Shown here piece after piece: positions 28,675 to 37,874 of a DNA stretch of 64,000 bases. The DNA lies in assembly GCA_964367355.1 (NCBI GenBank), contig CAYIWY010000008.1, positions 15,172-79,171 on the forward strand, written 5' to 3'. The position numbers and the translations under genes are program-made. Every line of letters begins with the position of its first letter. Positions within the stretch are counted from its first letter, which is position 1. Under the pieces are notes generated by a model. That model searched no databases, was not told where the DNA came from, and saw only the letters and a list, made by a program, of their open reading frames with translations. The stretch is from an uncultured Gammaproteobacteria bacterium (GTDB lineage: Bacteria > Patescibacteriota > Microgenomatia > Woykebacterales > RBG-16-39-9b).

Positions 28675-28926
28675 ATGGTGCAGGTGAAGATTTATTCTAC
28701 TCAAACATGTCCTTTTTGTAAAATGGAAAAGGAGTATTTGGATGGACATGGTATAAACTATGAGAATATTTTTATCGACGAGGATTCGAAAGCAGCACAG
28801 GATCTGATGGTTTTGGAAGGACAGATTGGCGTACCATTTACTGTTTTTACAAAAGAAGACGGAAGTAAGGAAACTTTGCTTGGTTTTGATAGAGAAGAGA
28901 TCAATCGGATTCTAAATATTTCGTAA
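28675..28926 (+). CDS. glutaredoxin/NrdH-like redoxin
   Basis: CPFC, GVP, GFD. Confidence 0.9.
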   Translation: MVQVKIYSTQTCPFCKMEKEYLDGHGINYENIFIDEDSKAAQDLMVLEGQIGVPFTVFTKEDGSKETLLGFDREEINRILNIS

Positions 28927-28952
28927 ATACTGCTCCAGAAAGGTAAAATTTT

Positions 28953-29597
28953 ATGGCAAAGAAATTCGATGTCAACTCCTTAGATAAAAAAGGGAAAAAA
29001 GAATATTTAAAAAATCTGCATGATTCACAGACTAAAAAAGAAAAACGAACCACCTTTGTTTTTGTAGGTTTTATTGTTTTACTACTCGCCATTGCCGCTT
29101 TCGGAATATATTTTTTAACTAGTACAAAAAATAACTCTTTACCAAAAGAGTTGGGTGAAAAGATCGCGGTGGATCCCACTAATGGAAGATTGCATATAGA
29201 TCCGGGAGAACCACAAGCAACTTATACTTCAAACCCACCGACTTCCGGCCCGCACTACAATTCTGCCGGCTCTGGACCAATTGAATGTAAGTTCTATGAT
29301 AAAGAAGTTAAAGATGAAGGCGTGATTCACAATTTGGAGCACGGTGCTGTTTGGATTACTTATAAAAATAACGATGCACAGCTGAAGAAAGATTTGAAAC
29401 AAATTACCCTCGATAATTCAAAAGTTCTGATATCCTATCGACCGAAGAATGATTCAAATATCGCACTTGCCGGTTGGGGGCGTTTGCTTAAACTCGATTC
29501 TTTTGAACAAACCAAAATTGAACAGTTTATCAAACTTTACAAAAATGGACCTGATTCCCCAGAACCTTTAGCTGGTTGTGGAACAAGTAGTGGTTAA
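28953..29597 (+). CDS. DUF3105 family membrane-anchored protein
   Basis: SNPPTSGPHY, HNLEHGAVWITY, PE. Confidence 0.85.
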   Translation: MAKKFDVNSLDKKGKKEYLKNLHDSQTKKEKRTTFVFVGFIVLLLAIAAFGIYFLTSTKNNSLPKELGEKIAVDPTNGRLHIDPGEPQATYTSNPPTSGPHYNSAGSGPIECKFYDKEVKDEGVIHNLEHGAVWITYKNNDAQLKKDLKQITLDNSKVLISYRPKNDSNIALAGWGRLLKLDSFEQTKIEQFIKLYKNGPDSPEPLAGCGTSSG

Positions 29598-29623
29598 AGT
29601 AAATTAAATTCTAGAAAATACAA

Positions 29624-30064
29624 ATGGATTTAACTAATATAGATAGAAAAAAGTTCTTAACAGAAGGTTATGTTAAGAAGGTTGAAAAGCCTTGGGGTTA
29701 CGAACTAATCTTTACTCCCGAAGGTCAACCGTATACTGGGAAAATAATGCATATCGAGGCTGGTAAAAGGCAAAGTTTACAAGTACACGATCAAAAAGAA
29801 GAAACTTATTATTTAGGTTTGGGTAAGGGTGGGGTCATAATCGAAAACTCAAGTGGAAAGTTGGTGAAGATTGAATTTGAAGAAGGTAAAGGTTACACCA
29901 CTAAAGTTGGTCAGAAGCACCGTCTTTTTGGAATCACCGATTGTGATATTTGGGAGGTGTCCACACCTGAAACCGGAACGACCCTTCGACTTGAAGATGA
30001 TTACAATCGAGGTGATGAGACTGATGACGTTCGTAAAGAACCAAACCGTGGTTGGGATAGCTAA
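29624..30064 (+). CDS. cupin-domain protein (mannose-6-phosphate isomerase-like)
   Basis: KPWG, SLQVH..KEET, HRL, EVSTPE, RLEDDY. Confidence 0.85.
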   Translation: MDLTNIDRKKFLTEGYVKKVEKPWGYELIFTPEGQPYTGKIMHIEAGKRQSLQVHDQKEETYYLGLGKGGVIIENSSGKLVKIEFEEGKGYTTKVGQKHRLFGITDCDIWEVSTPETGTTLRLEDDYNRGDETDDVRKEPNRGWDS

Positions 30065-30083
30065 CTAATTTCAAAGGAGAAAA

Positions 30084-31031
30084 ATGCACGAAGAAATTTA
30101 TGACGTAATTATTGCCGGTTCCGGTCCTGCCGGACTGACGGCAGCGATTTACACTGCCAGATCAAATTTAAAGGTATTAGTTATTGCTGGCGTGGAGGCT
30201 GGTGGGCAGTTAATCTGGACAACTGATGTTGAGGATTTCCCAGGTTTTCCAGATGGGGTTCAAGGACCAGATCTTGTTGGACTTTTCCGCAAGCAAGCTG
30301 AACGACTTGGAGCGAAATTTACTGACGGAGATATTACAGAGATTGATCTAAAAAACCGCCCTTTCACCGCAAAAGTTGGTTCTAAAACTTTTCAGGGAAA
30401 AAGTGTAATTATTGCCACTGGAGCTTCGGCCAGATGGCTTGGTTTGGACTCTGAACAAAAATTGCGCGGTCGGGGAGTATCAGCTTGTGCTGTTTGTGAC
30501 GGCGCTTTTTTCAAGGGTAAAGAATTGGCATTAGTTGGTGGAGGCGACAGCGCCCTTCGAGAAGCAATTTTTCTTACTAAGTTTGCCACTAGAGTTTATA
30601 TTATCCACCGCCGTAGCGAACTACGCGCCTTCAAGGCTCTACAGGATCGAGCAAAGGCAAACGAAAAAATTGAATTTATTTTTAATTCTGAAGTCAAGGA
30701 AGTTTTAGGTGAAAATCGGGTTGAGGGCGTTAAACTTTTTAACAGCAAGACTAATGAAGAAAAAAATCTCAAGGTTGGAGGGTTGTTTGTTGCTATTGGA
30801 CACAAACCAAACACGCAGTTTCTCAAAGGGCAACTTGAAACTGACAAGGGGGGTTATTTAAAACTAACTGGTACCAGCACTACCAGTATCCCGGGTGTTT
30901 TTGCCTCTGGAGATGTCCATGATTACAAATATCAGCAAGCAGTAACTGCTGCCGGTGCTGGTTGTATGGCCGCTCTTGAAGTTGAAGATTTTCTTGAAGA
31001 GGAAAAGACCAAGGCAGTTAGTCAAAGCTAA
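30084..31031 (+). CDS. trxB: thioredoxin reductase
   Basis: GSGPAG, CAVCDG, GGGDSA, HRR, GDV. Confidence 0.96.
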   Translation: MHEEIYDVIIAGSGPAGLTAAIYTARSNLKVLVIAGVEAGGQLIWTTDVEDFPGFPDGVQGPDLVGLFRKQAERLGAKFTDGDITEIDLKNRPFTAKVGSKTFQGKSVIIATGASARWLGLDSEQKLRGRGVSACAVCDGAFFKGKELALVGGGDSALREAIFLTKFATRVYIIHRRSELRAFKALQDRAKANEKIEFIFNSEVKEVLGENRVEGVKLFNSKTNEEKNLKVGGLFVAIGHKPNTQFLKGQLETDKGGYLKLTGTSTTSIPGVFASGDVHDYKYQQAVTAAGAGCMAALEVEDFLEEEKTKAVSQS

Positions 31032-31050
31032 AACCAACAGTAATAATGTA

Positions 31051-31129
31051 ACAAAATGTATAGTGTAGAAGGGTATTGACAGGTCAATATGTTGATGTTA
31101 GCCTTTAGTTAGTACCCAACATATTGTGC
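31051..31129 (+). promoter_or_regulatory. three NrdR boxes overlapping the nrdR-nrdJ promoter
   Basis: ACAAAATGTATAGTGT (31051), GGTCAATATGTTGATG (31082), ACCCAACATATTGTGC (31114); 31/32-bp spacing; TTGACA at 31076. Confidence 0.75.
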
Positions 31130-31332
31130 TTTCGAGTTTCCACAGTCGGAAACGTACACCCCGAAAACGGGGGCCCAAATGACCCAATCAAACCACAAAG
31201 CACAGTTTGGAAGGAAAGTTCTTTTTAATTTCTTAACCACAGCTTAAGGACAGAAAGCTTTTTAGTAAAAATAGGCGTAATTTTTGCGCCCTGTTTTTGG
31301 AGTCTTCCAAATTCAGAAAAGGAGTTAATAAC

Positions 31333-31800
31333 GTGAAGTGCCCCTACTGCAGTTATTACGATACTTCAGTTCTAGATTCCAGAGATTCTGAGGATCTTGG
31401 TTCGATTCGCCGTCGACGAGAGTGTCTTAAATGTGAGAAGCGTTTCACAACTTACGAACGGGTGGATATGGTTAATATGTTTGTTTTGAAAAAAGACGGC
31501 CGACGGGAGCAATTTGATCGTAAGAAATTGATGACCGGAATGTTGAAAGCTACGGAAAAGCGACCGGTAACTATGGATCAGATTGAAAAAGCAGTTGATG
31601 AGATCGAGCGGGAGTTGCGTCGACGCGAAAGTATCGAGATTCCTTCAGCCGACATGGGTGAAGTGGTCATGAACAAGCTCAAAACACTTGATGAAGTTGC
31701 TTACATTCGTTTTGCCAGTGTTTACCGCTCGTTTGACAACCTCGAAACCTTTGAAAAAGAGGTTAAAAGTTTATTAAAAGATAAGGGTCATATTAACTAA
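31333..31800 (+). CDS. nrdR: transcriptional repressor NrdR
   Basis: KCPYC, DSR, IRRRRECLKC..RFTTYE, ATP-cone, YIRFASVY; GTG start. Confidence 0.96.
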   Translation: MKCPYCSYYDTSVLDSRDSEDLGSIRRRRECLKCEKRFTTYERVDMVNMFVLKKDGRREQFDRKKLMTGMLKATEKRPVTMDQIEKAVDEIERELRRRESIEIPSADMGEVVMNKLKTLDEVAYIRFASVYRSFDNLETFEKEVKSLLKDKGHIN

Positions 31801-31823
31801 TTTAATTGGAGGAAACTGCTCTT

Positions 31824-34334
31824 ATGGCTAGTAAAAATAAAGCAACTAAGTCCCAAGGAAAGGAGTTTGTGTTTTCAATTAGTTTACAAAAGAAACTTGA
31901 AAAACTAATTTCCGACCAAGAGCAGACTAAACTAGAAGGGATTCGCGCTAAAGTTTTTACTGACCGCTACAGTTTAAAAGACTCTGAAGGAAAAAGTGTT
32001 GAAGAATATCCCGAGCAGATGTGGACTCGGGTCGCTGCCGGTCTAGCGCAGGTGGAGAAAACTCCGGTTCTTCAAGAAGAGTGGGCCAAGAAATTCTACA
32101 GTGCGCTCAAAGATTTTAAATATGTACCGGGTGGACGAGTACTCTCCGGAGCCGGAACTCCTTATGAAGTAACTTTCTATAATTGTTTTGTTATTCCCTC
32201 ACCTCACGACTCTCGAAACGGAATCATCGACAATTTAAAGCTGATGATTGATATCATGTCCCGTTCCGGTGGGGTTGGGATCAATCTGTCTTCTTTGCGA
32301 CCACGGGGAGCGCGAGTTAAAAAAGTTAACGGTACTTCTTCGGGACCAGTAAACTGGGCGCAGCTTTATTCCACTGCCACACATGACGTGATTCAGCAAG
32401 GCGGGAGCCGCCGCGGAGCTTTGATGCTGATGATCAATGACTGGCACCCTGATGTTGAGGAATTTATTGATGTTAAAAAAGATTTGACGAAAATCAATGG
32501 TGCGAATTTGTCAATTTGTGTTTCTGATGCTTTCATGACGGCAGTTAAAAATGATAAAGATTGGGATCTCTACTATCCAGATCTTTCTGAGCCTGATTAC
32601 GACAAACTTTGGGATGGGGATATAGATAAATGGAAAGCGGCAGGTAAGAAAGTTGTACTTTACCGAACTGTTAAAGCAGCACAAGTTTGGGAAAAAATCT
32701 GCCAAGCAGCTTGGAACAGTGCCGAACCAGGACTCCATTTTATTGAAAGAAGTAACAAACGAAGTAATACCTGGTACTTTGAAAAACTGATTGCGACCAA
32801 CCCTTGTGGCGAACAACCGCTTGGAGCTTGGGCAGTTTGCAACCTTGGTGCAGTCAATCTTTCCGCCTTCGTTAGTGAAGGAAGTTTTGATTATAAGGAT
32901 CTTGAAGAAAAAGTTCGAATTGCCATCAGGATGATGGACAATGTTATTGACTCAACTGGCTACTACTTTCCGGAAAACAAAGCGCAGCAGATGGGAATCC
33001 GTCGAACCGGACTGGGCACTATGGGACTTGGTGACGCTTTAATCAAAATGAAATTGCGTTATGGCAGCGAAGAAGCCCAGGGTGTGATTGAAAAGATTTA
33101 TAAAACAATTCGTGACAGTGCTTACGAAGAATCAGCGTATCTTGCAAAAGAAAAAGGTGTCTTTCCGAACTTTGACAAGGAAAAATATTTGCAAGGTTGG
33201 TTTATTAAAAAGCTTCCAAGCAAAGTCCGCGAAGAAATCGCGGAAAACGGAATTCGAAACGCAGTTCTTTTGACCCAAGCCCCAACCGGGACAACTTCTT
33301 TGGTTTCCGGAGTTTCTAGTGGGATTGAACCAGTTTACGACTTTGCGATGATCCGACGGGATAGAACCGGCGAGCATGTTTTGTATCACCCGCTTTACGA
33401 GGAATGGAAAAATGCCAACCCAGGTGTTGAGAAGACCCCTGATTATTTTGTATCTGCAAACGACCTCATACCAGAAGACCATGTTCGAGTTCAGGCTCTA
33501 ATTCAAGATTACACTGATAGTTCCATCTCCAAAACCGTAAACGCGCCAAATGCCCATACTGTTGAAGAGGTTCGCCGACTCTACATGCAAGCTTACGACC
33601 TTGGTTGTAAAGGTATTACCTATATGCGGGATGGGTCTCGCGAAGGAGTTTTGTCGCACAAGGATGACAAGGCTGAAAAAAAGGAGGAGCAGAGCGCAAA
33701 TGTTGCCAACGTTCCAGTCCATTTGCGTAAACGACCGGACAATTTAACTGGAATTACCAGAAGAATCGCAACTCCAGTGGGACACGCTTTCATCACCATC
33801 AACGAAGACGAAAATCACAACCCATTTGAAGTTTTCATCAACGTTGGTAAAGCAGGAACTGATATTTACGCCGATGCTGAAGCGATTGGGCGATTGATTT
33901 CTCTAGCTCTGCGAATCCCATCCAACTACGCGCCAGCAGAAGTAATTCAACAGGTGGTGAATCAACTTTCTGGAATTGGGGGTAGCTCCTCCCGCGGTTT
34001 TGGAGTTGATCGTATTCACTCTCTTGCTGACGCTGTCAGTAAAGTTTTGTCAGAATATTCTGGTAAAGTCAGTACTTACCCCTCAATTACGGAAACAAAA
34101 TTGGCCAATGGCAACGGTTTTACTAACGGTAACGGCCATTCTGTTAACGGTGAGATTAAAGATGAAGTAAAGATAGATCAGCCGGCAGTCGCCGCTTCGG
34201 AAGTTGTGACAATGCAAGCTTCGGTTATGAAGACTCAGTCACGCCGTGACATTTGTCCGAAATGTGGCGTCGCATCATTTATTTATGAGGAGGGTTGTAA
34301 AAAGTGCTATTCATGTGGGCACTCAGAGTGTTAG
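31824..34334 (+). CDS. nrdJ: adenosylcobalamin-dependent (class II) ribonucleotide reductase with C-terminal TSCPD/Zn-ribbon region
   Basis: NCF, RRGA, TNPCGEQ, CNLG, APTGTTS, SISKT; C-terminal CPKC/CYSC. Confidence 0.92.
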   Translation: MASKNKATKSQGKEFVFSISLQKKLEKLISDQEQTKLEGIRAKVFTDRYSLKDSEGKSVEEYPEQMWTRVAAGLAQVEKTPVLQEEWAKKFYSALKDFKYVPGGRVLSGAGTPYEVTFYNCFVIPSPHDSRNGIIDNLKLMIDIMSRSGGVGINLSSLRPRGARVKKVNGTSSGPVNWAQLYSTATHDVIQQGGSRRGALMLMINDWHPDVEEFIDVKKDLTKINGANLSICVSDAFMTAVKNDKDWDLYYPDLSEPDYDKLWDGDIDKWKAAGKKVVLYRTVKAAQVWEKICQAAWNSAEPGLHFIERSNKRSNTWYFEKLIATNPCGEQPLGAWAVCNLGAVNLSAFVSEGSFDYKDLEEKVRIAIRMMDNVIDSTGYYFPENKAQQMGIRRTGLGTMGLGDALIKMKLRYGSEEAQGVIEKIYKTIRDSAYEESAYLAKEKGVFPNFDKEKYLQGWFIKKLPSKVREEIAENGIRNAVLLTQAPTGTTSLVSGVSSGIEPVYDFAMIRRDRTGEHVLYHPLYEEWKNANPGVEKTPDYFVSANDLIPEDHVRVQALIQDYTDSSISKTVNAPNAHTVEEVRRLYMQAYDLGCKGITYMRDGSREGVLSHKDDKAEKKEEQSANVANVPVHLRKRPDNLTGITRRIATPVGHAFITINEDENHNPFEVFINVGKAGTDIYADAEAIGRLISLALRIPSNYAPAEVIQQVVNQLSGIGGSSSRGFGVDRIHSLADAVSKVLSEYSGKVSTYPSITETKLANGNGFTNGNGHSVNGEIKDEVKIDQPAVAASEVVTMQASVMKTQSRRDICPKCGVASFIYEEGCKKCYSCGHSEC

Positions 34335-34361
34335 GCAAGTAGTTCGAAAACCATTAAATTA

Positions 34362-34499
34362 GAGGTAAAGAACTCAGCACTTCTTGCGCTTCGCTAACGC
34401 GAATCTTAAAAAATGTATTTTTGAAAAAGTAAGAAGTGCTAAGATCAACGAAGTCGAGCGCAAGATTTTCGAATTTTAGTTCCTTCGAAAATTTACCTC
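34362..34499. repeat. nested inverted-repeat element between convergent genes
   Basis: GAGGTAAA/TTTACCTC, AGCACTTCTT/AAGAAGTGCT, TCTTGCGCT/AGCGCAAGA; 20-mer shared with 47936-47955. Confidence 0.65.
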
Positions 34500-34526
34500 G
34501 TGCGGTCACTCCGAATGTTAGAGCAA

Positions 34527-35168
34527 TTACTTGCCAAGCAGAGTGTCAATTTTTTTCTTCCAAGTGTCGTAACTTTGGCCGCCGACTATCTTTTCTCCGT
34601 TAAGGAAAAAGGTTGGAGTTGAGTTAACTCCGAGAGTTTGACCATCGGTTTGATCGGCTTTAATTTTTTCATCAAACTTGTAGTCAACGATTGATTTTTT
34701 AAACTTAGCGGTATCGAGCTTTAATTCTGCCGCGTATTTTACAAAGTAATCAATTGCGTTATTACTTTCAGACCACTCAATTTGCCGAGAGTAAAGTATG
34801 TCATTCATTTCCCAATATTTTCCTTGTTCACCAGCGGCTTCAGCGGCTTCTGAACCAAGCTTCCCGTTTTGATGCTGGGGTAAAGGAAAGTGTCGGAAGA
34901 CAAAAGTCATCTTACCTTTATAATCATTTATGATTTTTTCGATAACAGGTGCAGCGGCACCGCAAGCCGGGCATTGATAATCTCCAAATTCGACTAAAGT
35001 AACTTTAGCGTCTTTAACCTCGATCTTATTGCTGTTAGCCCTTACTAAGGCGTCTTTTTTATCACCTGAAGTTGTCGGAGTTGTTGATCCAGAAAAAATC
35101 ACTACCACGCCAATAATAATTGCGCAAACTACACCTAGTCCTAAAAGCATTTTAACTTCGCCGCTCAT
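34527..35168 (-). CDS. DsbA/BdbD-like thiol-disulfide oxidoreductase
   Basis: EFGDYQCPAC, RHFPL, GVNSTPTF. Confidence 0.92.
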   Translation of the reverse strand: MSGEVKMLLGLGVVCAIIIGVVVIFSGSTTPTTSGDKKDALVRANSNKIEVKDAKVTLVEFGDYQCPACGAAAPVIEKIINDYKGKMTFVFRHFPLPQHQNGKLGSEAAEAAGEQGKYWEMNDILYSRQIEWSESNNAIDYFVKYAAELKLDTAKFKKSIVDYKFDEKIKADQTDGQTLGVNSTPTFFLNGEKIVGGQSYDTWKKKIDTLLGK

Positions 35169-35593
35169 TTATTTGTCCTCCAATAATAAAGCAGGCAAGT
35201 TGTAATGATAATAAAACTTACTAAAGATAAAAATGGAATGGTTATAAAGCCAAAATAATTAACCTCGCGAGTGGCACAACTGACCCCAACGCGGCAGGGA
35301 AACGATGCTTCCGTAAGAACCCCAAGTTGCAGTAGATACTGTAGGAAGGCAATTACTCCCCCGGCAATACTTAGCGGTAATGCGTAAAAAACCAGTTTTT
35401 TATCGTTAAGAATAATTCCGACAGCGATTATGACAACTAGTGGGTACATCGCAATTCGTTGATACCAACAAAGTAAACAGGGTGCATAGCCAAGGACTTC
35501 ACTAAAAATTAAACTACCAGCAGTCGCTGCAATTGCTTGGATCCAGGCAATATAAAGGACGTTTTTATCAAATATTTTTTTAACAGAGTTCAT
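35165..35593 (-). CDS. DsbB/BdbC disulfide bond formation protein
   Basis: PCLLCWYQR, C...VSC, FITIP. Confidence 0.92.
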   Translation of the reverse strand: MNSVKKIFDKNVLYIAWIQAIAATAGSLIFSEVLGYAPCLLCWYQRIAMYPLVVIIAVGIILNDKKLVFYALPLSIAGGVIAFLQYLLQLGVLTEASFPCRVGVSCATREVNYFGFITIPFLSLVSFIIITTCLLYYWRTNK

Positions 35594-35675
35594 AAACCAA
35601 AAGGTATTTTACCACAAAACCAGAGTTGACAAGAGGGTTAAATTATCCTAAAGTAATTACACTTTTACAATTTAA

Positions 35676-35797
35676 ATCAAAGGATTATTGGTGAAGGACC
35701 GTGAAATTCGGTCGGAGTGCCGCTACTGTAATCCTTCGACTCCGCTCAGGATAGCCTGAGTGAAATCGAAGGCTAAACCCAGAACCCAACCTTTGAT
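35676..35797 (+). ncRNA. putative cobalamin riboswitch
   Basis: closing stem ATCAAAGG/CCTTTGAT; GTGAAATTC T-loop-like motif, GCCGCTACTGTAA, AAACCCAGA B12-box-like; precedes B12-binding-like genes. Confidence 0.7.
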
Positions 35798-35826
35798 CCC
35801 GATCTTAATCGGGACACTTCGAGCAA

Positions 35827-35856
35827 AGGAAGGTTTCTGAAATGACCTTCCTATTA
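35827..35856 (+). terminator. hairpin of the riboswitch expression platform
   Basis: AGGAAGGTT-N8-GACCTTCCT; short U tail. Confidence 0.45.
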
Positions 35857-35880
35857 AAATAATATACGGAAGGTTTTTTG

Positions 35881-37857
35881 ATGAAACAAAGTTTTTTTCT
35901 AACTAAATATTCGCTAAGAAACTTAATATCTATCGTTCTTACTACTGCAGTTATGTTGCCGTCTTTTATTATCGCTGCTCCTATTTCTGCAGCATCTGCT
36001 ACCAACGTTTTAGTTCAAGCCCGAGCTAATAGCCAAGTACTATTAAACCAACAAACCACTGTACCTGATGGTTGCAATGCCGTTGTTGATGGTGTTAGTC
36101 AATTTATAACCGGACCAAAAGTTGTTTGCGCTTTGGTCGCAGTCGCTAGCAGTTATACTTTGATAAATGACCCTAGTTACGGTGTTTTTCTAGAAAGCAT
36201 TAATGGAGTAACTAGCGGTCCGGGTTGGGTTTATACAGTTAACAACAACCGCATTAGTAGTGGTATAGCAGCCTACTCACTTCAAAGTGGTGATAGTGTG
36301 TTATTTAAATTTAGTACCGACTCCTCTGGTGCTATTGCTCTGCCACAGGCTCCAGTAAGTTTGCCGCAAACTCCAGTAGTTTTCAACCCACCTGCGGTAG
36401 TTAGTCAACCATCAGCTCCAACCAATACCACTTCAAGCAATCCTTCAATCCCAACAACTTCTGCAAATAATAATTGTTCAATCAGAGTAGCTTGGACTGC
36501 TTTTCAAAACCAGCGGCCAATTTTTTATGGTAGTTGGGACGGGAGTTACACTATCTTTGTTTTCCCAGATGGGCAAACCCGCGACCAATTTGTTTGGAGT
36601 AAGAAAATAACCGCCACTACAGTTGACGTAACTGGTTTGCAAAACGGTACCAGTTATCGTGGAGAGATTTTTATAACAGGAGCCTTTCTGTCTGGAGCGA
36701 CACCTTACTGGAGTAGTTTTGGGCCAGTTGGTTGTAAAGTTGTAAATAACACTAGTACTAGTAAACCCCAAACTAAAACGACAAACAAAACTACAACTAT
36801 AGCAAAGAAAACTACTCCAACAAAAATAACTCAGAACAAAAAGCAAGCAATTGAAAAAGCAATTAGCTACTTATTAACTCAACAAGGCGCAAGCGGTGAG
36901 ATCGAATCTTTGGGAGTAAGTGGTTGGTCTCTGTTAGCCTTTAGCGCTAGCGGGAAAATTAATGATAAATTGGTAAGTTTTCTTAAGGAAAACTCAAGTT
37001 ACGATAAACCAACTGATGTTGAAAGGACAATTTTAGTTGCTGTTGCTACTGGAATTGACCCTAAGGATTTTAACAGCACAAACCTGATTAAAAAACTGAG
37101 AGGTTTTGAAGTTAACGGGCAGATTGGTGATGAAAAAAGTTTAAGTGACGATATCTTTGGAATCTTAGCTTTCACCGCTGCTGGTGAAAACGACGAACCT
37201 TTATTGAAAAAAGCAACTAGTTTTGTCACCGAAAATCAAAACCAAGACGGTGGTTGGGGGTTTCAAGTTGGTCAAATAAGTGATGTTGATACCACGGCGG
37301 CAAGTGTCCAGGCTTTGAAAGCGGCCAAGAAAGCTAGTTTATCAGTTTCAGATTCAGTCTTGACCCAGGCAAAAAATTATTTGCATTCAGCTCAAAATCA
37401 GGATGGCGGTTTTGGTTTTAATAAAACTGATCAAAAAGTTTCAAATACTTCTTCGACTGCTTGGGCAATACAAGCTTTAGCGGCCTTGGGCGAAACTCCT
37501 ACTAAGGCTCTAACTTATTTACGACAACAGCAACTTGATAACGGTGGTTTTAGAACTGACACTAGTGGCCAAGTAAGTAACCTAGCGACCGCTTATGCGG
37601 TAGCAGCTTTAGCCGAAAAATCACTACCAATAAGGTCGTCAGTACTTGGTGCATCCACAGAAGTGATACCTAACCTACCAGATACAGGGTTTGACCAAGT
37701 TTGGTTGGGGATAATTAGTATAGTTTTAATTTCATTTGGACTTTTACTTATAACGAATAACCGTTTGCAAGCCAAAAATAAACGAAGAGTAATCTTCAAT
37801 TTTGCTGATTTTGCCGACTCAATTCATCATCGTCGGAGAGTGCGTCTGAGGGATTAG
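35881..37857 (+). CDS. secreted surface protein: DUF4430-like domain + prenyltransferase/squalene-oxidase repeats + LPxTG anchor (transcobalamin-like)
   Basis: FLESING..GWVYTVN..Y.L..GD; QNQDGGWG/QNQDGGFG repeats, DVDTTA; LPDTG + TM + basic tail. Confidence 0.78.
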   Translation: MKQSFFLTKYSLRNLISIVLTTAVMLPSFIIAAPISAASATNVLVQARANSQVLLNQQTTVPDGCNAVVDGVSQFITGPKVVCALVAVASSYTLINDPSYGVFLESINGVTSGPGWVYTVNNNRISSGIAAYSLQSGDSVLFKFSTDSSGAIALPQAPVSLPQTPVVFNPPAVVSQPSAPTNTTSSNPSIPTTSANNNCSIRVAWTAFQNQRPIFYGSWDGSYTIFVFPDGQTRDQFVWSKKITATTVDVTGLQNGTSYRGEIFITGAFLSGATPYWSSFGPVGCKVVNNTSTSKPQTKTTNKTTTIAKKTTPTKITQNKKQAIEKAISYLLTQQGASGEIESLGVSGWSLLAFSASGKINDKLVSFLKENSSYDKPTDVERTILVAVATGIDPKDFNSTNLIKKLRGFEVNGQIGDEKSLSDDIFGILAFTAAGENDEPLLKKATSFVTENQNQDGGWGFQVGQISDVDTTAASVQALKAAKKASLSVSDSVLTQAKNYLHSAQNQDGGFGFNKTDQKVSNTSSTAWAIQALAALGETPTKALTYLRQQQLDNGGFRTDTSGQVSNLATAYAVAALAEKSLPIRSSVLGASTEVIPNLPDTGFDQVWLGIISIVLISFGLLLITNNRLQAKNKRRVIFNFADFADSIHHRRRVRLRD

Positions 37858-37874
37858 TAAGAAAGGGAAGAGTA

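Noticed and set aside
31824-34334. Intein or intron in nrdJ
   Set aside because: The ORF is continuous, catalytic motifs are normally spaced and no intein splice motifs were seen.
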